Made by a program: the position numbers and the translations under genes. A stretch of 64,000 nt of DNA. Origin: Myxococcota bacterium (GTDB taxonomy: Bacteria; Myxococcota_A; UBA9160; UBA6930). Below are positions 29,456 through 40,034 of this stretch, piece by piece. A model generated the notes under the pieces. The model ran no database searches and was not told the origin of the DNA. It saw only the letters and a list, made by a program, of their open reading frames with translations. The stretch covers positions 3,488,001 to 3,552,000 of the forward strand of contig OZ245002.1 in assembly GCA_965223415.1 (NCBI GenBank). Reading direction: 5' to 3'. The stretch's first letter is position 1; the number at the start of each line of letters is the position of its first letter.

Positions 29456-30520
29456 CTAGTCTTCGGGGACGAGGGACTCGAAGCGGGCCTTGTCGATGGC
29501 CTTCATGTAGGCGTCGCGAGGGCCGATCACGTTCTGCTGGACGAGCTCCATCAGGGCGTCGTCCATGGCCTGCATGCCATCGCTCTTCCCGGACTGGATG
29601 ATCGAGCTGATCATCTGGGTGTTGCCCTCGCGGATCAGGTTCGGGAGGCCCTGGGTGCGCAGCAGGATCTCGTTCACGGCGACGCGGCCGCCGCCGTCGG
29701 CCTTGGGCAGCAGCAGCTGCGAGACCACCGCGGCCAGGGATTCGGACAGGCTGATCCGCACCTGGGCCTGCTCGCTGGCGGGGAAGGCGTCGATGATCCG
29801 GTCGATGGTCTTGGCGGCACCGTTGGTGTGCAGGGTGCCGAACACGAGCATTCCCATCTCGGCCGCGGTGATTGCCATCGCGATCGTCTCCTGGTCGCGC
29901 ATCTCGCCCACCAGCACGACGTCCGCGTCCTGGCGCACGGCGGCCCGCAGGGCCGGCGCGAAGCCCTGGGAGTGCTCGCCCACCTCCCGGTGGCTCATCA
30001 CCGATTCCCGGTTCTGGTGCACGAACTCCACCGGATCCTCGATGGTGACGATGTGCTTGGCCTGCTCGCGGTTGATCTTGTCGATGATCGCGGCCAGGGT
30101 GGTCGACTTGCCGGACCCGGTGGGCCCGGTGACGACCACGAGCCCCTGCTGCAGCTCCGCCAGGCGCGCTACCGCCGGCGGCAGCTTCAGCTCCTCGAGG
30201 CTGATGATCTCCTCCGGGATGATCCGGAACACCGCCCCCGCGCCGTTCTGCTGCATGAAGTAGTTGGCGCGGAAGCGCGCGACCCCCTCGAGGCCGTAGG
30301 CGAAGTCCATGTCGTGGCTGCGCAGGTACTCCTCCCAGTGTCGCTCGCCGGCGATCGGCTCGAGGAGCTGGGTCAGGTGCTCGTGGGTGAGCGGCTCCCA
30401 TCCCTCCACCGGGGCCAGCTGGCCCTTGGCGCGGATGCGCGGCTCGAGGCCGGCCGCCAGGTGGAGGTCCGAGCCGCCCACCTCCTTCAGTGTTCGAAGC
30501 AGTTCGTCGACCTGGGGCAC
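29456..30520 (-). CDS. pilT: Type IV pilus retraction ATPase PilT/PilU family
   Basis: SDLH, GPTGSGKST, TIEDPVE, VGEMRD, TLHTN and NLIREG motifs. Confidence 0.88.
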   Translation of the reverse strand: MPQVDELLRTLKEVGGSDLHLAAGLEPRIRAKGQLAPVEGWEPLTHEHLTQLLEPIAGERHWEEYLRSHDMDFAYGLEGVARFRANYFMQQNGAGAVFRIIPEEIISLEELKLPPAVARLAELQQGLVVVTGPTGSGKSTTLAAIIDKINREQAKHIVTIEDPVEFVHQNRESVMSHREVGEHSQGFAPALRAAVRQDADVVLVGEMRDQETIAMAITAAEMGMLVFGTLHTNGAAKTIDRIIDAFPASEQAQVRISLSESLAAVVSQLLLPKADGGGRVAVNEILLRTQGLPNLIREGNTQMISSIIQSGKSDGMQAMDDALMELVQQNVIGPRDAYMKAIDKARFESLVPED

Positions 30521-30530
30521 GGGCTCTCCT

Positions 30531-32012
<1,482 letters not shown>

Positions 32013-32083
32013 GGCGCCGTTCTCATCGGCCGGTGCCCCCTCCGTCCTGAGGAGCGTCCGCGACTCCGCTACCGTCCGCGCCC

Positions 32084-33145
32084 ATGATCTTCCAGACCGA
32101 CGACCTGCGGATCCGCGAGCTTCGCCCCCTGATCCCGCCGGCGATCCTCTTCGAGGAGCTTCCCCTCGGGGAAGAGAGCTCTGCGACCGTCGCCGAGGGC
32201 CGCAGGCAGATCTCGCGAATCCTCCACGGCGAGGACGATCGTCTGGTGGTCGTCGTCGGCCCCTGCTCCGTCCACGATCCGGAGGCCGCCCTCGCCTACG
32301 CGGACCGGCTCGTCCCGGTGGCCGACCGCTTCGCCGGAGAGCTGTGCGTGGTGATGCGGGTCTACTTCGAGAAGCCCCGCACCACCGTCGGCTGGAAGGG
32401 CCTGATCAACGATCCGGACCTGGACGAGAGCTTCGCCATCAACGACGGCCTGCGGAAGGCCCGCCGCTTTCTGCTCGACGTGGCGGAGAAGGGGCTGCCG
32501 GCGGGCTGCGAGTTCCTCGATCCGATCTCGCCGCAGTTCATCGCCGATCTGGTGTCCTGGGGTGCGATCGGCGCCCGCACCTCCGAGAGCCAGGTCCATC
32601 GCGAGCTGGCGTCGGGCCTCTCGATGCCGGTCGGGATCAAGAACGCGACCGACGGCAACGTGCAGGTCGCCATCGACGCGATGGGCTCGGCGCTCCATCC
32701 CCACCACTTCCTCTCCGTCACGAAGCAGGGGGTCGCCGCGATCGTGGCGACCGCGGGCAACGAGGACACCCACCTGATCCTCCGCGGCGGGGCGAACGGG
32801 CCGAACTACGAGGAGGCCTCCATCTCCCAGGTGCTCACGGCCCTCGACCGGGCGGGCCTGCCCCAGCGCGTGATGGTCGACTGCAGCCACGGCAACAGCC
32901 GCAAGGACCACGCGCGGCAGCCCGACGTCGCGAAGGACCTGGCCCGCCAGGTGGCCGCCGGCTCCCGGGCCCTCTTTGGCCTGATGATGGAGAGCTTCCT
33001 CGTCGACGGCCGCCAGGACTACGCCCCGGACGCGGAGCTCGTCCGCGGCCAGAGCATCACCGACGCCTGCATGGGCTGGGAGCGCACCGAGCCGCTCTTC
33101 GAGACCCTGGCGGAGGCGGTGCGGAGCCGCCGCGCGGGCTCGTGA
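32084..33145 (+). CDS. DAHP synthase, class I (AroF/G/H type)
   Basis: GPCSVHD, RVYFEKPRTTVGWKG, IGARTSESQ and DCSHGNS motifs. Confidence 0.93.
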   Translation: MIFQTDDLRIRELRPLIPPAILFEELPLGEESSATVAEGRRQISRILHGEDDRLVVVVGPCSVHDPEAALAYADRLVPVADRFAGELCVVMRVYFEKPRTTVGWKGLINDPDLDESFAINDGLRKARRFLLDVAEKGLPAGCEFLDPISPQFIADLVSWGAIGARTSESQVHRELASGLSMPVGIKNATDGNVQVAIDAMGSALHPHHFLSVTKQGVAAIVATAGNEDTHLILRGGANGPNYEEASISQVLTALDRAGLPQRVMVDCSHGNSRKDHARQPDVAKDLARQVAAGSRALFGLMMESFLVDGRQDYAPDAELVRGQSITDACMGWERTEPLFETLAEAVRSRRAGS

Positions 33146-33181
33146 GGCCAGGCGGGCCGTCTTCGGCGGGTCGGGGGGGGG

Positions 33182-33856
33182 TCAGGAGGCCTCGCTGTCC
33201 CCCGCCGCCACCGTCTTCTCCTTCAGCCGCCGCAGCACCTCCTCCGGGCCACCCTGGGAGAGCACCTCCTTGAACTGGGAGCGGAAGCTCGAGACCAGGC
33301 TGACGCCCTCGATCTTGACGTCGATCACCCGCCATAGGTCCTCCCGGAGGCGCAGGCGGTAGTCGATGGCGACGTCGTCCGCCTGGCCGCCGACGATGCG
33401 GGTGAGGACCGTGACGTCCCCCCGCGGCTCGACCCGCTCACCGGTGATCTCGACGCCTTCCTGGTCGTAGCGGTCGATGCGCGTGCCGTAGCTCGCCGCC
33501 AGGTGGTCGGCGAAGGCCTCCACGAACTCGATACGCTGGTCCGGGGTGAACTTCCGCCAGCTCCGGCGCAGCACGAGCTTGGACATCGTCTCGAAGTCGA
33601 AGCGCTCCCGGGCGATCGCCTCGAGGCGCGTGCGCCGCTCCACGGACTCCAGGTCCGGTGCCTGGAGCACCGCCAGCACCGCGCTCACCGTGTCGTCCAT
33701 GACTGCCCGGGCCGCGGCGGTCTCCACGGCGGAGGCCAGGGCCGGCCCCGCCAGCAGCAGGGCGGCGATCCACAGGACGGCCAGCAGGCGTCGTCTGCCC
33801 GTGTCCCTTCCTGCCTCAGGGGCCTTCGTCGAGATCGTCGTCGAGATCGTCGACAT
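33182..33856 (-). CDS. mlaC: MlaC/Ttg2D phospholipid-binding periplasmic protein
   Basis: FDFETMSKLVL and WRVIDVKIEGVSLVSSFRSQF motifs; start uncertain. Confidence 0.8.
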   Translation of the reverse strand: MSTISTTISTKAPEAGRDTGRRRLLAVLWIAALLLAGPALASAVETAAARAVMDDTVSAVLAVLQAPDLESVERRTRLEAIARERFDFETMSKLVLRRSWRKFTPDQRIEFVEAFADHLAASYGTRIDRYDQEGVEITGERVEPRGDVTVLTRIVGGQADDVAIDYRLRLREDLWRVIDVKIEGVSLVSSFRSQFKEVLSQGGPEEVLRRLKEKTVAAGDSEAS

Positions 33857-34559
33857 CGTAGAGATCCTCATCCTCTTCCTCGGCGGCTTCTTCCCCGTCC
33901 ATGACCCGCCGCTCCCGGTTCTGGAGATAGGCGTTGCGGACGAAGACATAGTAATCCAGGGCGGTCCGGCGGTTCTCGGCGATCTCTTCGAGGTATTCGG
34001 CCCGGGTGTTGATGACGTCGATCACGCTGATGCCGTAGGCGGACGGCACCGTGGCGAAGTCCAACGGGAAGGCGGCCAGGTCCCGGCCCGTGTAGGGGCC
34101 GAAGAACGGTACCTGGATGTAGGGACCGGGCCCGACTCCCCACACACCGAGGGTCTGGCCGAAGTCCTCCTCGTAGTGGGGGATGCCGATCGGGGTGGCG
34201 GGGTCGAACAGGCCCACGATACCGACCGTGGTGTTCACCGCGAAACGGCCGAGGTCGGCCCCGGCCCTTCCCGGCTTGCCCTGCAGGAGGTCGTTCAGCA
34301 GGGTGCGGATCATGCGGAGGTTGTCGAAGAAGTTTCCCACGCCCGTCTGCACGAAGCCCGGCATCACGAAGGCCCAGCCCTTCGCGACCGGCTCGAGCAC
34401 GACCTTGTCCAGCCCTTCGTTGAATCCGAAGATCTCCTCGTTGAAGCCCTGGTAGGGATCCGGCCCGTTGGTGGCACAGCCCAGGCTCCCCGCGAGGAGG
34501 AGACCGGCCGCGGCCGAACGGGCGGCCCGGAGGATTCGACGGGTCGGACGGCGAATCAT
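33816..34559 (-). CDS. mlaA: MlaA/VacJ lipoprotein
   Basis: Lipobox SLGC; DPYQGFNE, NFFDNL and EDFGQTLG motifs. Confidence 0.88.
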   Translation of the reverse strand: MIRRPTRRILRAARSAAAGLLLAGSLGCATNGPDPYQGFNEEIFGFNEGLDKVVLEPVAKGWAFVMPGFVQTGVGNFFDNLRMIRTLLNDLLQGKPGRAGADLGRFAVNTTVGIVGLFDPATPIGIPHYEEDFGQTLGVWGVGPGPYIQVPFFGPYTGRDLAAFPLDFATVPSAYGISVIDVINTRAEYLEEIAENRRTALDYYVFVRNAYLQNRERRVMDGEEAAEEEDEDLYDVDDLDDDLDEGP

Positions 34560-35017
34560 TCATCTCCCCCCAGGCCGGCGTTGTGGACCAGCGTGCCGAC
34601 CAGCTTCTCGAAGTTGAGCGCGCTCTCGGTGAAGGACAGGACGTCGCCCCGCTTCAGGAGCTCGTCCTCGCCACCGGGCTCGAGGGCGATGAACTGGTCG
34701 CCCAGCAGGCCGGAGGTGCGGATGCTCGCGGAGGTGTCGATCGGGAGCTCGAGCCCCGTCGTCACGTCCAGCTCGACCGTGGCCCGCAGGTCTTCGTCGA
34801 GGGCGATGGCGGTCACCTCGCCCACGGGCACGCCGGAGATCACGACCGGCGCACGGGTCGTGAGCCCGCCGATCTCGTCGAAGGTGGCGCGCAGCACGAA
34901 GCCGCCCTTGCCCTGGTACTCGAGCCCGCCCAGCTGGATGGAGAGGTAGGCGAGGGCGGCGATGCCGGACAGCACGAACAGGCCGACCACCAGATCGCGC
35001 ACGGGATGGCTCTGCAT
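34556..35017 (-). CDS. mlaD: MlaD (MCE domain)
   Basis: N-terminal TM helix; IGGL...V.ISGV.VG and TSGLLGDQFI motifs. Confidence 0.9.
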   Translation of the reverse strand: MQSHPVRDLVVGLFVLSGIAALAYLSIQLGGLEYQGKGGFVLRATFDEIGGLTTRAPVVISGVPVGEVTAIALDEDLRATVELDVTTGLELPIDTSASIRTSGLLGDQFIALEPGGEDELLKRGDVLSFTESALNFEKLVGTLVHNAGLGGDE

Positions 35018-35029
35018 GACGCCCCTTTC

Positions 35030-35809
35030 CTAGAAGCCCCAGAGGGCCGTGAAGATGTAGTCGGCCAGCAGGATGCAGACGGAGCCCGTGACGACCGTCG
35101 ACGTGGTCGAGGCGCTTACCTCGGCCGTGCTGCGCCCGGTCGTGAAGCCGCGGAAGGTCGCGACCAGCGCGATCAGCGCCCCGAAGAGCAGCGCCTTCAA
35201 CGCGCTGCCCACCACGTCCGTGTCGAATTCCACTGCGTTCTCCAGGCCCGAGAGGTAGATGCCGTGATCCAGGCCGAGTAGCTGCACGCCCACCAGATAG
35301 GCACCGAGAATGGAGGCCACGATGAAGAGCGCCGAGAGCAGCGGCATGGAGAGGGTGAGGGCCACCGCTTTCGGGACCACCACGAACTTGATCGGGTCGA
35401 CCGCCATCGTGCGCATGCCGTCGATCTGCTCCGTGGCCACCATCATGCCGATCTCCGCGGCCATCGCCGAGCCGGCCCGGCCGGTGACGAGGAGGCCGGT
35501 GAGCACCGGGCCCAGCTCACGGATCAGGGTGAGCCCCACGACGGCCCCCAGGGATTCTTCCGCGCCGAAGCGGACGAGCACGTTGTAGAGCTGGAGGCCC
35601 AGCACCAGGCCGACGGCCAGGCCCGAGGCGCAGACGATGGCGAGGGAGAGCACGCCGCTGTCGTAGGCTTCGCGCACGATGCGCCAGGGGCGGTAGGGCG
35701 GGCGGGCCAGCCCGCTCACGATCCAGCCCGCGAAGCGCGCGATCCGCCCGAGCTCGGCCACGATGCCGAGGGTGCGCCCGCCCAGGTGCTCCACCGCCCC
35801 GCGAATCAT
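35030..35809 (-). CDS. mlaE: MlaE ABC permease
   Basis: RELGPVLTGLLVTGRAGSA and TEQID motifs. Confidence 0.9.
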   Translation of the reverse strand: MIRGAVEHLGGRTLGIVAELGRIARFAGWIVSGLARPPYRPWRIVREAYDSGVLSLAIVCASGLAVGLVLGLQLYNVLVRFGAEESLGAVVGLTLIRELGPVLTGLLVTGRAGSAMAAEIGMMVATEQIDGMRTMAVDPIKFVVVPKAVALTLSMPLLSALFIVASILGAYLVGVQLLGLDHGIYLSGLENAVEFDTDVVGSALKALLFGALIALVATFRGFTTGRSTAEVSASTTSTVVTGSVCILLADYIFTALWGF

Positions 35810-35884
35810 CCGGTCTGCCGAAGGATGGACGCCGGGCGGGGGGAGGGAGCGGGCCGGGGGGTCATGATCGGCACAGGCTAGCGT

Positions 35885-36994
35885 TCAGATGGAGGCGGTC
35901 GCGAGCCCGTCCCGGGCGCGCCGCACCAGGGCGAGGCCCTTCTCCAGCACCGCACGACGCCAGCCCGGATCGGCGGGGGCGAACACCTCACGCAGCTCCG
36001 TCTTGATGGCCCGGCCCCGGGCGGAGCCCGGATTCCCGTGGTGGTGGAGCCAGTTGTCCGCGCGCAGCGCCCAGAAGACCCGCTCCGGCGGGACCGTGCC
36101 GAACTCGGCGGTGAAGGGAGTCAGCGCGCAGCCCCGGTCCGCCTCCTCGCAGAGGCCCACTTCGATCACGCCGGCAAGGGGGGCGGAGACGGACTCACCG
36201 GCGGCGGTGCTGCGGAATGCGTCGCCGTACCAGGCGCGGCCCCGCCGGTAGACCGGATCGCCGGGCGGCAGCTCGGTAATCAGCTCGGGTACGCCGCGAG
36301 GGCCGAGGCCCGTATGCACGTCGATCCAGGCGGCGCGGGACACGCCGCGGGTCGCCTCCCGGGCGATCTCGCGCAGGATCCGGTTTCCGGGCTCCGGCTC
36401 CCGTCCTCCGTACTGGGTGCCCGTTGGGTGCGCGTACTGCCCGACGGACAGCACCTCCTGGAGCCGATCGGCTCCGTGGGCCCGGGCGAAGGCCGCCAGT
36501 GCCTGGCGGGCCCGGGCGTCCTCCTCCCCGTCGAGCCGGCTCGGGTTCACGTGTTCGTAGAGCGCGTCGTAGTCGGGGCAGGGCGCGTGGTCTTCCGGAT
36601 GGCGCAGGAAGTTGCGGTTGAGGTCCACGTTGTGCTCATTCACGCGCCGGTCGGCGTCGAAGCCCCACGGGTTGAGGGCGTGGACGAGCAGGAGCCCCAT
36701 GTCGCGGGGCAGGTCCAGCCGGTCACCCGGGCGCGAGAGCAGCAGGTGCTGGAGTGCGCTCCCTGCGTGGCCCTCGATGCCGTGGATGCCGGAGCTCACG
36801 ACCAGCAGCGCCGGCGGCGCGCCCGGGCCCAGACGTGCCGTGTCGACCGCGAGCTCGCCGCCGTCGCGCCCCCGGACCGCGAGGGGATGGCTGGCGACCC
36901 GGGCGCCGGCACGCTCGGCGGCGGCCAGGAAGAGCTCGCGCGCCCGGGCATAGCTTCCGGCGAAGTGGGGCGCGGGGTCGGTGGCGTTCGGCAT
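35885..36994 (-). CDS. M14-like metallocarboxypeptidase (DUF2817)
   Basis: SGIHGIEG, NPWGF, VDLNRNF and IDVHTGLG motifs. Confidence 0.8.
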   Translation of the reverse strand: MPNATDPAPHFAGSYARARELFLAAAERAGARVASHPLAVRGRDGGELAVDTARLGPGAPPALLVVSSGIHGIEGHAGSALQHLLLSRPGDRLDLPRDMGLLLVHALNPWGFDADRRVNEHNVDLNRNFLRHPEDHAPCPDYDALYEHVNPSRLDGEEDARARQALAAFARAHGADRLQEVLSVGQYAHPTGTQYGGREPEPGNRILREIAREATRGVSRAAWIDVHTGLGPRGVPELITELPPGDPVYRRGRAWYGDAFRSTAAGESVSAPLAGVIEVGLCEEADRGCALTPFTAEFGTVPPERVFWALRADNWLHHHGNPGSARGRAIKTELREVFAPADPGWRRAVLEKGLALVRRARDGLATASI

Positions 36995-37031
36995 GGTGGG
37001 TGTCGAGGGGTCGCTAGCATACGACCCGCCC

Positions 37032-38270
37032 ATGGAGCTCTTCAACGTCGCCGCCCTGCTCGTCAGCTTCTCGGCGCTGTTCGCCTGGCTGAACCACCAC
37101 ACCCTGCGGCTCCCGACCACGATCGGCGTGATGGCCATCGCGCTGGTCTTCTCGTTGGGCGTGCTCTTCCTGGGCCGGGTCGGGCTCGGCTCGGACGAGT
37201 GGTTCGCGTGGTTCGAGGCGGTGGAGTTCGCGCCGGCGCTGCTCGAGGGGATGCTCGGCTTCCTGCTCTTCGCCGGCGCCCTGCACGTCGACCTCGGCGA
37301 CCTGCGCGAGCAGCGCTGGGTGGTGACCTTCCTCGCCACCCTGGGCGTGCTGCTCTCCACCGTGTTGATCGGCGCCGCCGCCTGGTGGCTGTTCGGCGCC
37401 ATCGGTCTCGCGCTTCCCTGGGTGGCGTGCCTCCTCTTCGGGGCGCTGATCTCGCCGACGGATCCGATCGCCGTGCTCGCCGTCCTGAAGCAAGCCGGCG
37501 TGCCGAAGAGCCTCGAGACCAAGATCGCCGGCGAGTCCCTCTTCAACGACGGGGTCGGGGTGGTCGTCTTCCTCGTCGTGCTCGGGGCCGCCGCGGACGG
37601 GGGCGGCTTCGACCCCGGGGCGGCGCTCGGGCTGCTGCTGAAGGAGGCGGTGGGCGGAGTCGCCCTCGGGCTGGTGCTGGGCTCCCTCGCCTTCGCCATG
37701 CTGCGCAGCGTCGACAGCCCCCAGCTCGAGGTGCTGATCTCGCTGGCGCTGGTGACCGGCGGCTACGCCCTGGCCCACGCCCTGCACACCAGCGGTCCCC
37801 TGGCGATGGTGGCGGCGGGTCTCCTGATCGGGAACCACGGGCGCCAGTTCGCCATGAGCGACGACACGCGCCAGAACCTGGACGTCTTCTGGGAGTTGGT
37901 GGACGAGATCCTGAACGCGGTGCTGTTCGTGATGATCGGCTTCGAGGTGCTGGTGCTGGAGTACACGCCCCCGCGGCTGGTCGCCGGCCTGCTGGCGATC
38001 CCCCTCGTGCTGGCGGTGCGGGCCCTCGCCGTCGGGACCGGGGTTTCGCTCCTGCGGCTGCGGCGCAGCTTCAGCCCCCACGCGGTGAAGATCATGTGCT
38101 GGGGTGGAATTCGCGGCGGCATCTCGGTGGCGCTGGCGCTGCAGCTGCCGCCGGGGCCGGAGCGGGACGTCATCGTGTCGATCACCTACACGGTGGTGGC
38201 CTTCTCGATCCTCGTGCAGGGCCTCACGGTGGGTCCCCTGGTGCGGCGCTTGTATCGGGACGCCGGGTGA
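37032..38270 (+). CDS. Na+/H+ antiporter, CPA1/NhaP family
   Basis: SPTDPIAV, GESLFNDG and WGGIRGGIS motifs; many TM helices. Confidence 0.9.
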   Translation: MELFNVAALLVSFSALFAWLNHHTLRLPTTIGVMAIALVFSLGVLFLGRVGLGSDEWFAWFEAVEFAPALLEGMLGFLLFAGALHVDLGDLREQRWVVTFLATLGVLLSTVLIGAAAWWLFGAIGLALPWVACLLFGALISPTDPIAVLAVLKQAGVPKSLETKIAGESLFNDGVGVVVFLVVLGAAADGGGFDPGAALGLLLKEAVGGVALGLVLGSLAFAMLRSVDSPQLEVLISLALVTGGYALAHALHTSGPLAMVAAGLLIGNHGRQFAMSDDTRQNLDVFWELVDEILNAVLFVMIGFEVLVLEYTPPRLVAGLLAIPLVLAVRALAVGTGVSLLRLRRSFSPHAVKIMCWGGIRGGISVALALQLPPGPERDVIVSITYTVVAFSILVQGLTVGPLVRRLYRDAG

Positions 38271-38875
38271 CGAGCGCGGAGCGGCGGGTGCTCGTCGTGA
38301 GCGGCCTGCCGCGCTCGGGCACGTCGCTGTTGATGCAGATGCTCGCGGCGGCCCGCGTGCCGATCCTCTCGGACGGCGAGCGGCTGCCCAATGTGAGCAA
38401 CCCGTTCGGGTACCACGAGCACCGGCAGGTCCGGGCCCTGGAGCGGGACGGCGACGCGGCCGCCTGGCTCGCCCGGTACGGCCCGGGCCGCGCGGTGAAG
38501 GTGGTGGCGGCGCTGCTTCCCCATCTTCCCCGGGCGCCCGGCCTCCGCTACGCGGTGCTCTGGGCCGAGCGGGACGCGGAGTCGGTGGCGGCCTCCCAGG
38601 ACGCCATGCTGGCACGGCTCGGCGAGGACGGCGGCGGGCTCCCGCGCGAGCGCCTGGTCGCGGTGCTGGCGGTCCGGCAGGCCGAGGCGCGGGCACTCCT
38701 GGACGCGCGTGACGATTGCGACTGGTGTGCCGTCTCCTTCGAGGCACTCCTCGCCCGGCCGCGGGAGGAAGCGTCGCGCATCGCGGCGTTCCTGGGCGGT
38801 GGCCGGGACGAAGCGGCGATGGAATCCGCCGTGCGTCCGGGCCGGGTGCGGTCCGGAGGCGGCTACACTGCGCCG
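38267..38875 (+). CDS. Sulfotransferase-family domain, reading in frame without a stop into the PatB gene
   Basis: VSGLPRSGTSLLMQML PAPS-binding loop; GTGA overlap with the antiporter; no stop codon before 40031. Confidence 0.6.
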
Positions 38876-40033
38876 ATGGCCGATCCCCGCTTCGACGAGC
38901 TCGACATCGACGTGCTGCGCCGGCGCAGCGGTGAGAAATGGCGGATGTACCCGTCCGACGTCCTGCCCGTGTGGGTCGCGGACATGGACTTCGAGGTCGC
39001 CCTGCCCATCCGCCGCCGGCTCGAGGAGTGTCTGGAGGTCGGCGACCTCGGCTACCCCATGCACCCGGCGCCGACCGGACTGCCGGAGCTCTTCGCGGAG
39101 CGTGCCGCCCAGCGATGGGCCTGGCCGGTGGACCCGAAGCACGTCGAACTGCTGACCGAGGTGGTGCAGGGGATCTACGTCGCCCTCGAGCAGTTCAGTG
39201 AGCCCGGTGACGGCGTGATCGTCCAGACGCCGATCTACCCGCCATTCCTCGGCGCCGTGGAGGAGCTCGGGCGCCGGCTCGAGGAGAACCCGCTGCGTGT
39301 GGGCGAGAGCGGCTACGTCATGGACCTGGACGGCTTGGCGGAGCGGGCGGCCCGCTCGAAGGTGCTGCTGCTCTGCAACCCCCACAACCCGACCGGTCGC
39401 GTGTTCCGCCGCGAGGAGCTGCAGGCCGTGGCCGAGATCGCCGCGGCGAACGACCTGGTGGTGGTGAGTGACGAGATCCACGCGGATCTGGTGTTCCCCG
39501 GCTGCCAGCACATCCCCTTCGCCACCCTGTCGGACGACGCCGAAGCGCGGACGATCACCCTGACCTCCGCTTCGAAGGCCTTCAACATCGCCGGCCTGCG
39601 CTGCGCCCTGGCCGTCTTCGGCAGCGCCGAGCTGCGCCGGCGCTTCCTCGCCTTTCCTCGCCACTTCCGCGGCGGCCTGGGCAGCCTGGGGATCCAGGCC
39701 ACGCTGGCCGCCTGGCGCGAGGGCGACCCGTGGCTGCGCGACCTGCTCGCCTACCTGGAGGCCAACCGCGACTTCCTGGCCGACACCGTCGCCCGCGAGC
39801 TCCCGGACGTCCGCTTCTTCCGCCCCGAGGCCACCTACCTCGCCTGGCTCGACTTCCGCGCCCAGGGCCTGGCGCCGTCCCCCTACCGCCACTTCCTCGA
39901 CAAGGGAAAGGTCGCCCTCAGCGACGGCAGCCACTTCGGCCCCCCCGGCCAGGGCTTCGCCCGCATCAACTTCGCCACCTCCCGCCCCCTCCTCAGCGCC
40001 GCCCTCGACCGCCTCCTCGACTCGCTGAGGTAG
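38876..40033 (+). CDS. PatB/MalY-family PLP-dependent C-S lyase
   Basis: WVADMDF, CNPHNPTG, SDEIHADL, SKAFN (PLP Lys) and ATYLAWLD motifs. Confidence 0.9.
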   Translation: MADPRFDELDIDVLRRRSGEKWRMYPSDVLPVWVADMDFEVALPIRRRLEECLEVGDLGYPMHPAPTGLPELFAERAAQRWAWPVDPKHVELLTEVVQGIYVALEQFSEPGDGVIVQTPIYPPFLGAVEELGRRLEENPLRVGESGYVMDLDGLAERAARSKVLLLCNPHNPTGRVFRREELQAVAEIAAANDLVVVSDEIHADLVFPGCQHIPFATLSDDAEARTITLTSASKAFNIAGLRCALAVFGSAELRRRFLAFPRHFRGGLGSLGIQATLAAWREGDPWLRDLLAYLEANRDFLADTVARELPDVRFFRPEATYLAWLDFRAQGLAPSPYRHFLDKGKVALSDGSHFGPPGQGFARINFATSRPLLSAALDRLLDSLR

Positions 40034-40034
40034 C

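Noticed and set aside
36038..38266. N-terminal ~740 aa of the 1331-aa ORF 36038..40033
   Set aside because: Shadow frame over the DUF2817 and antiporter genes; only the part from 38267 has recognisable motifs
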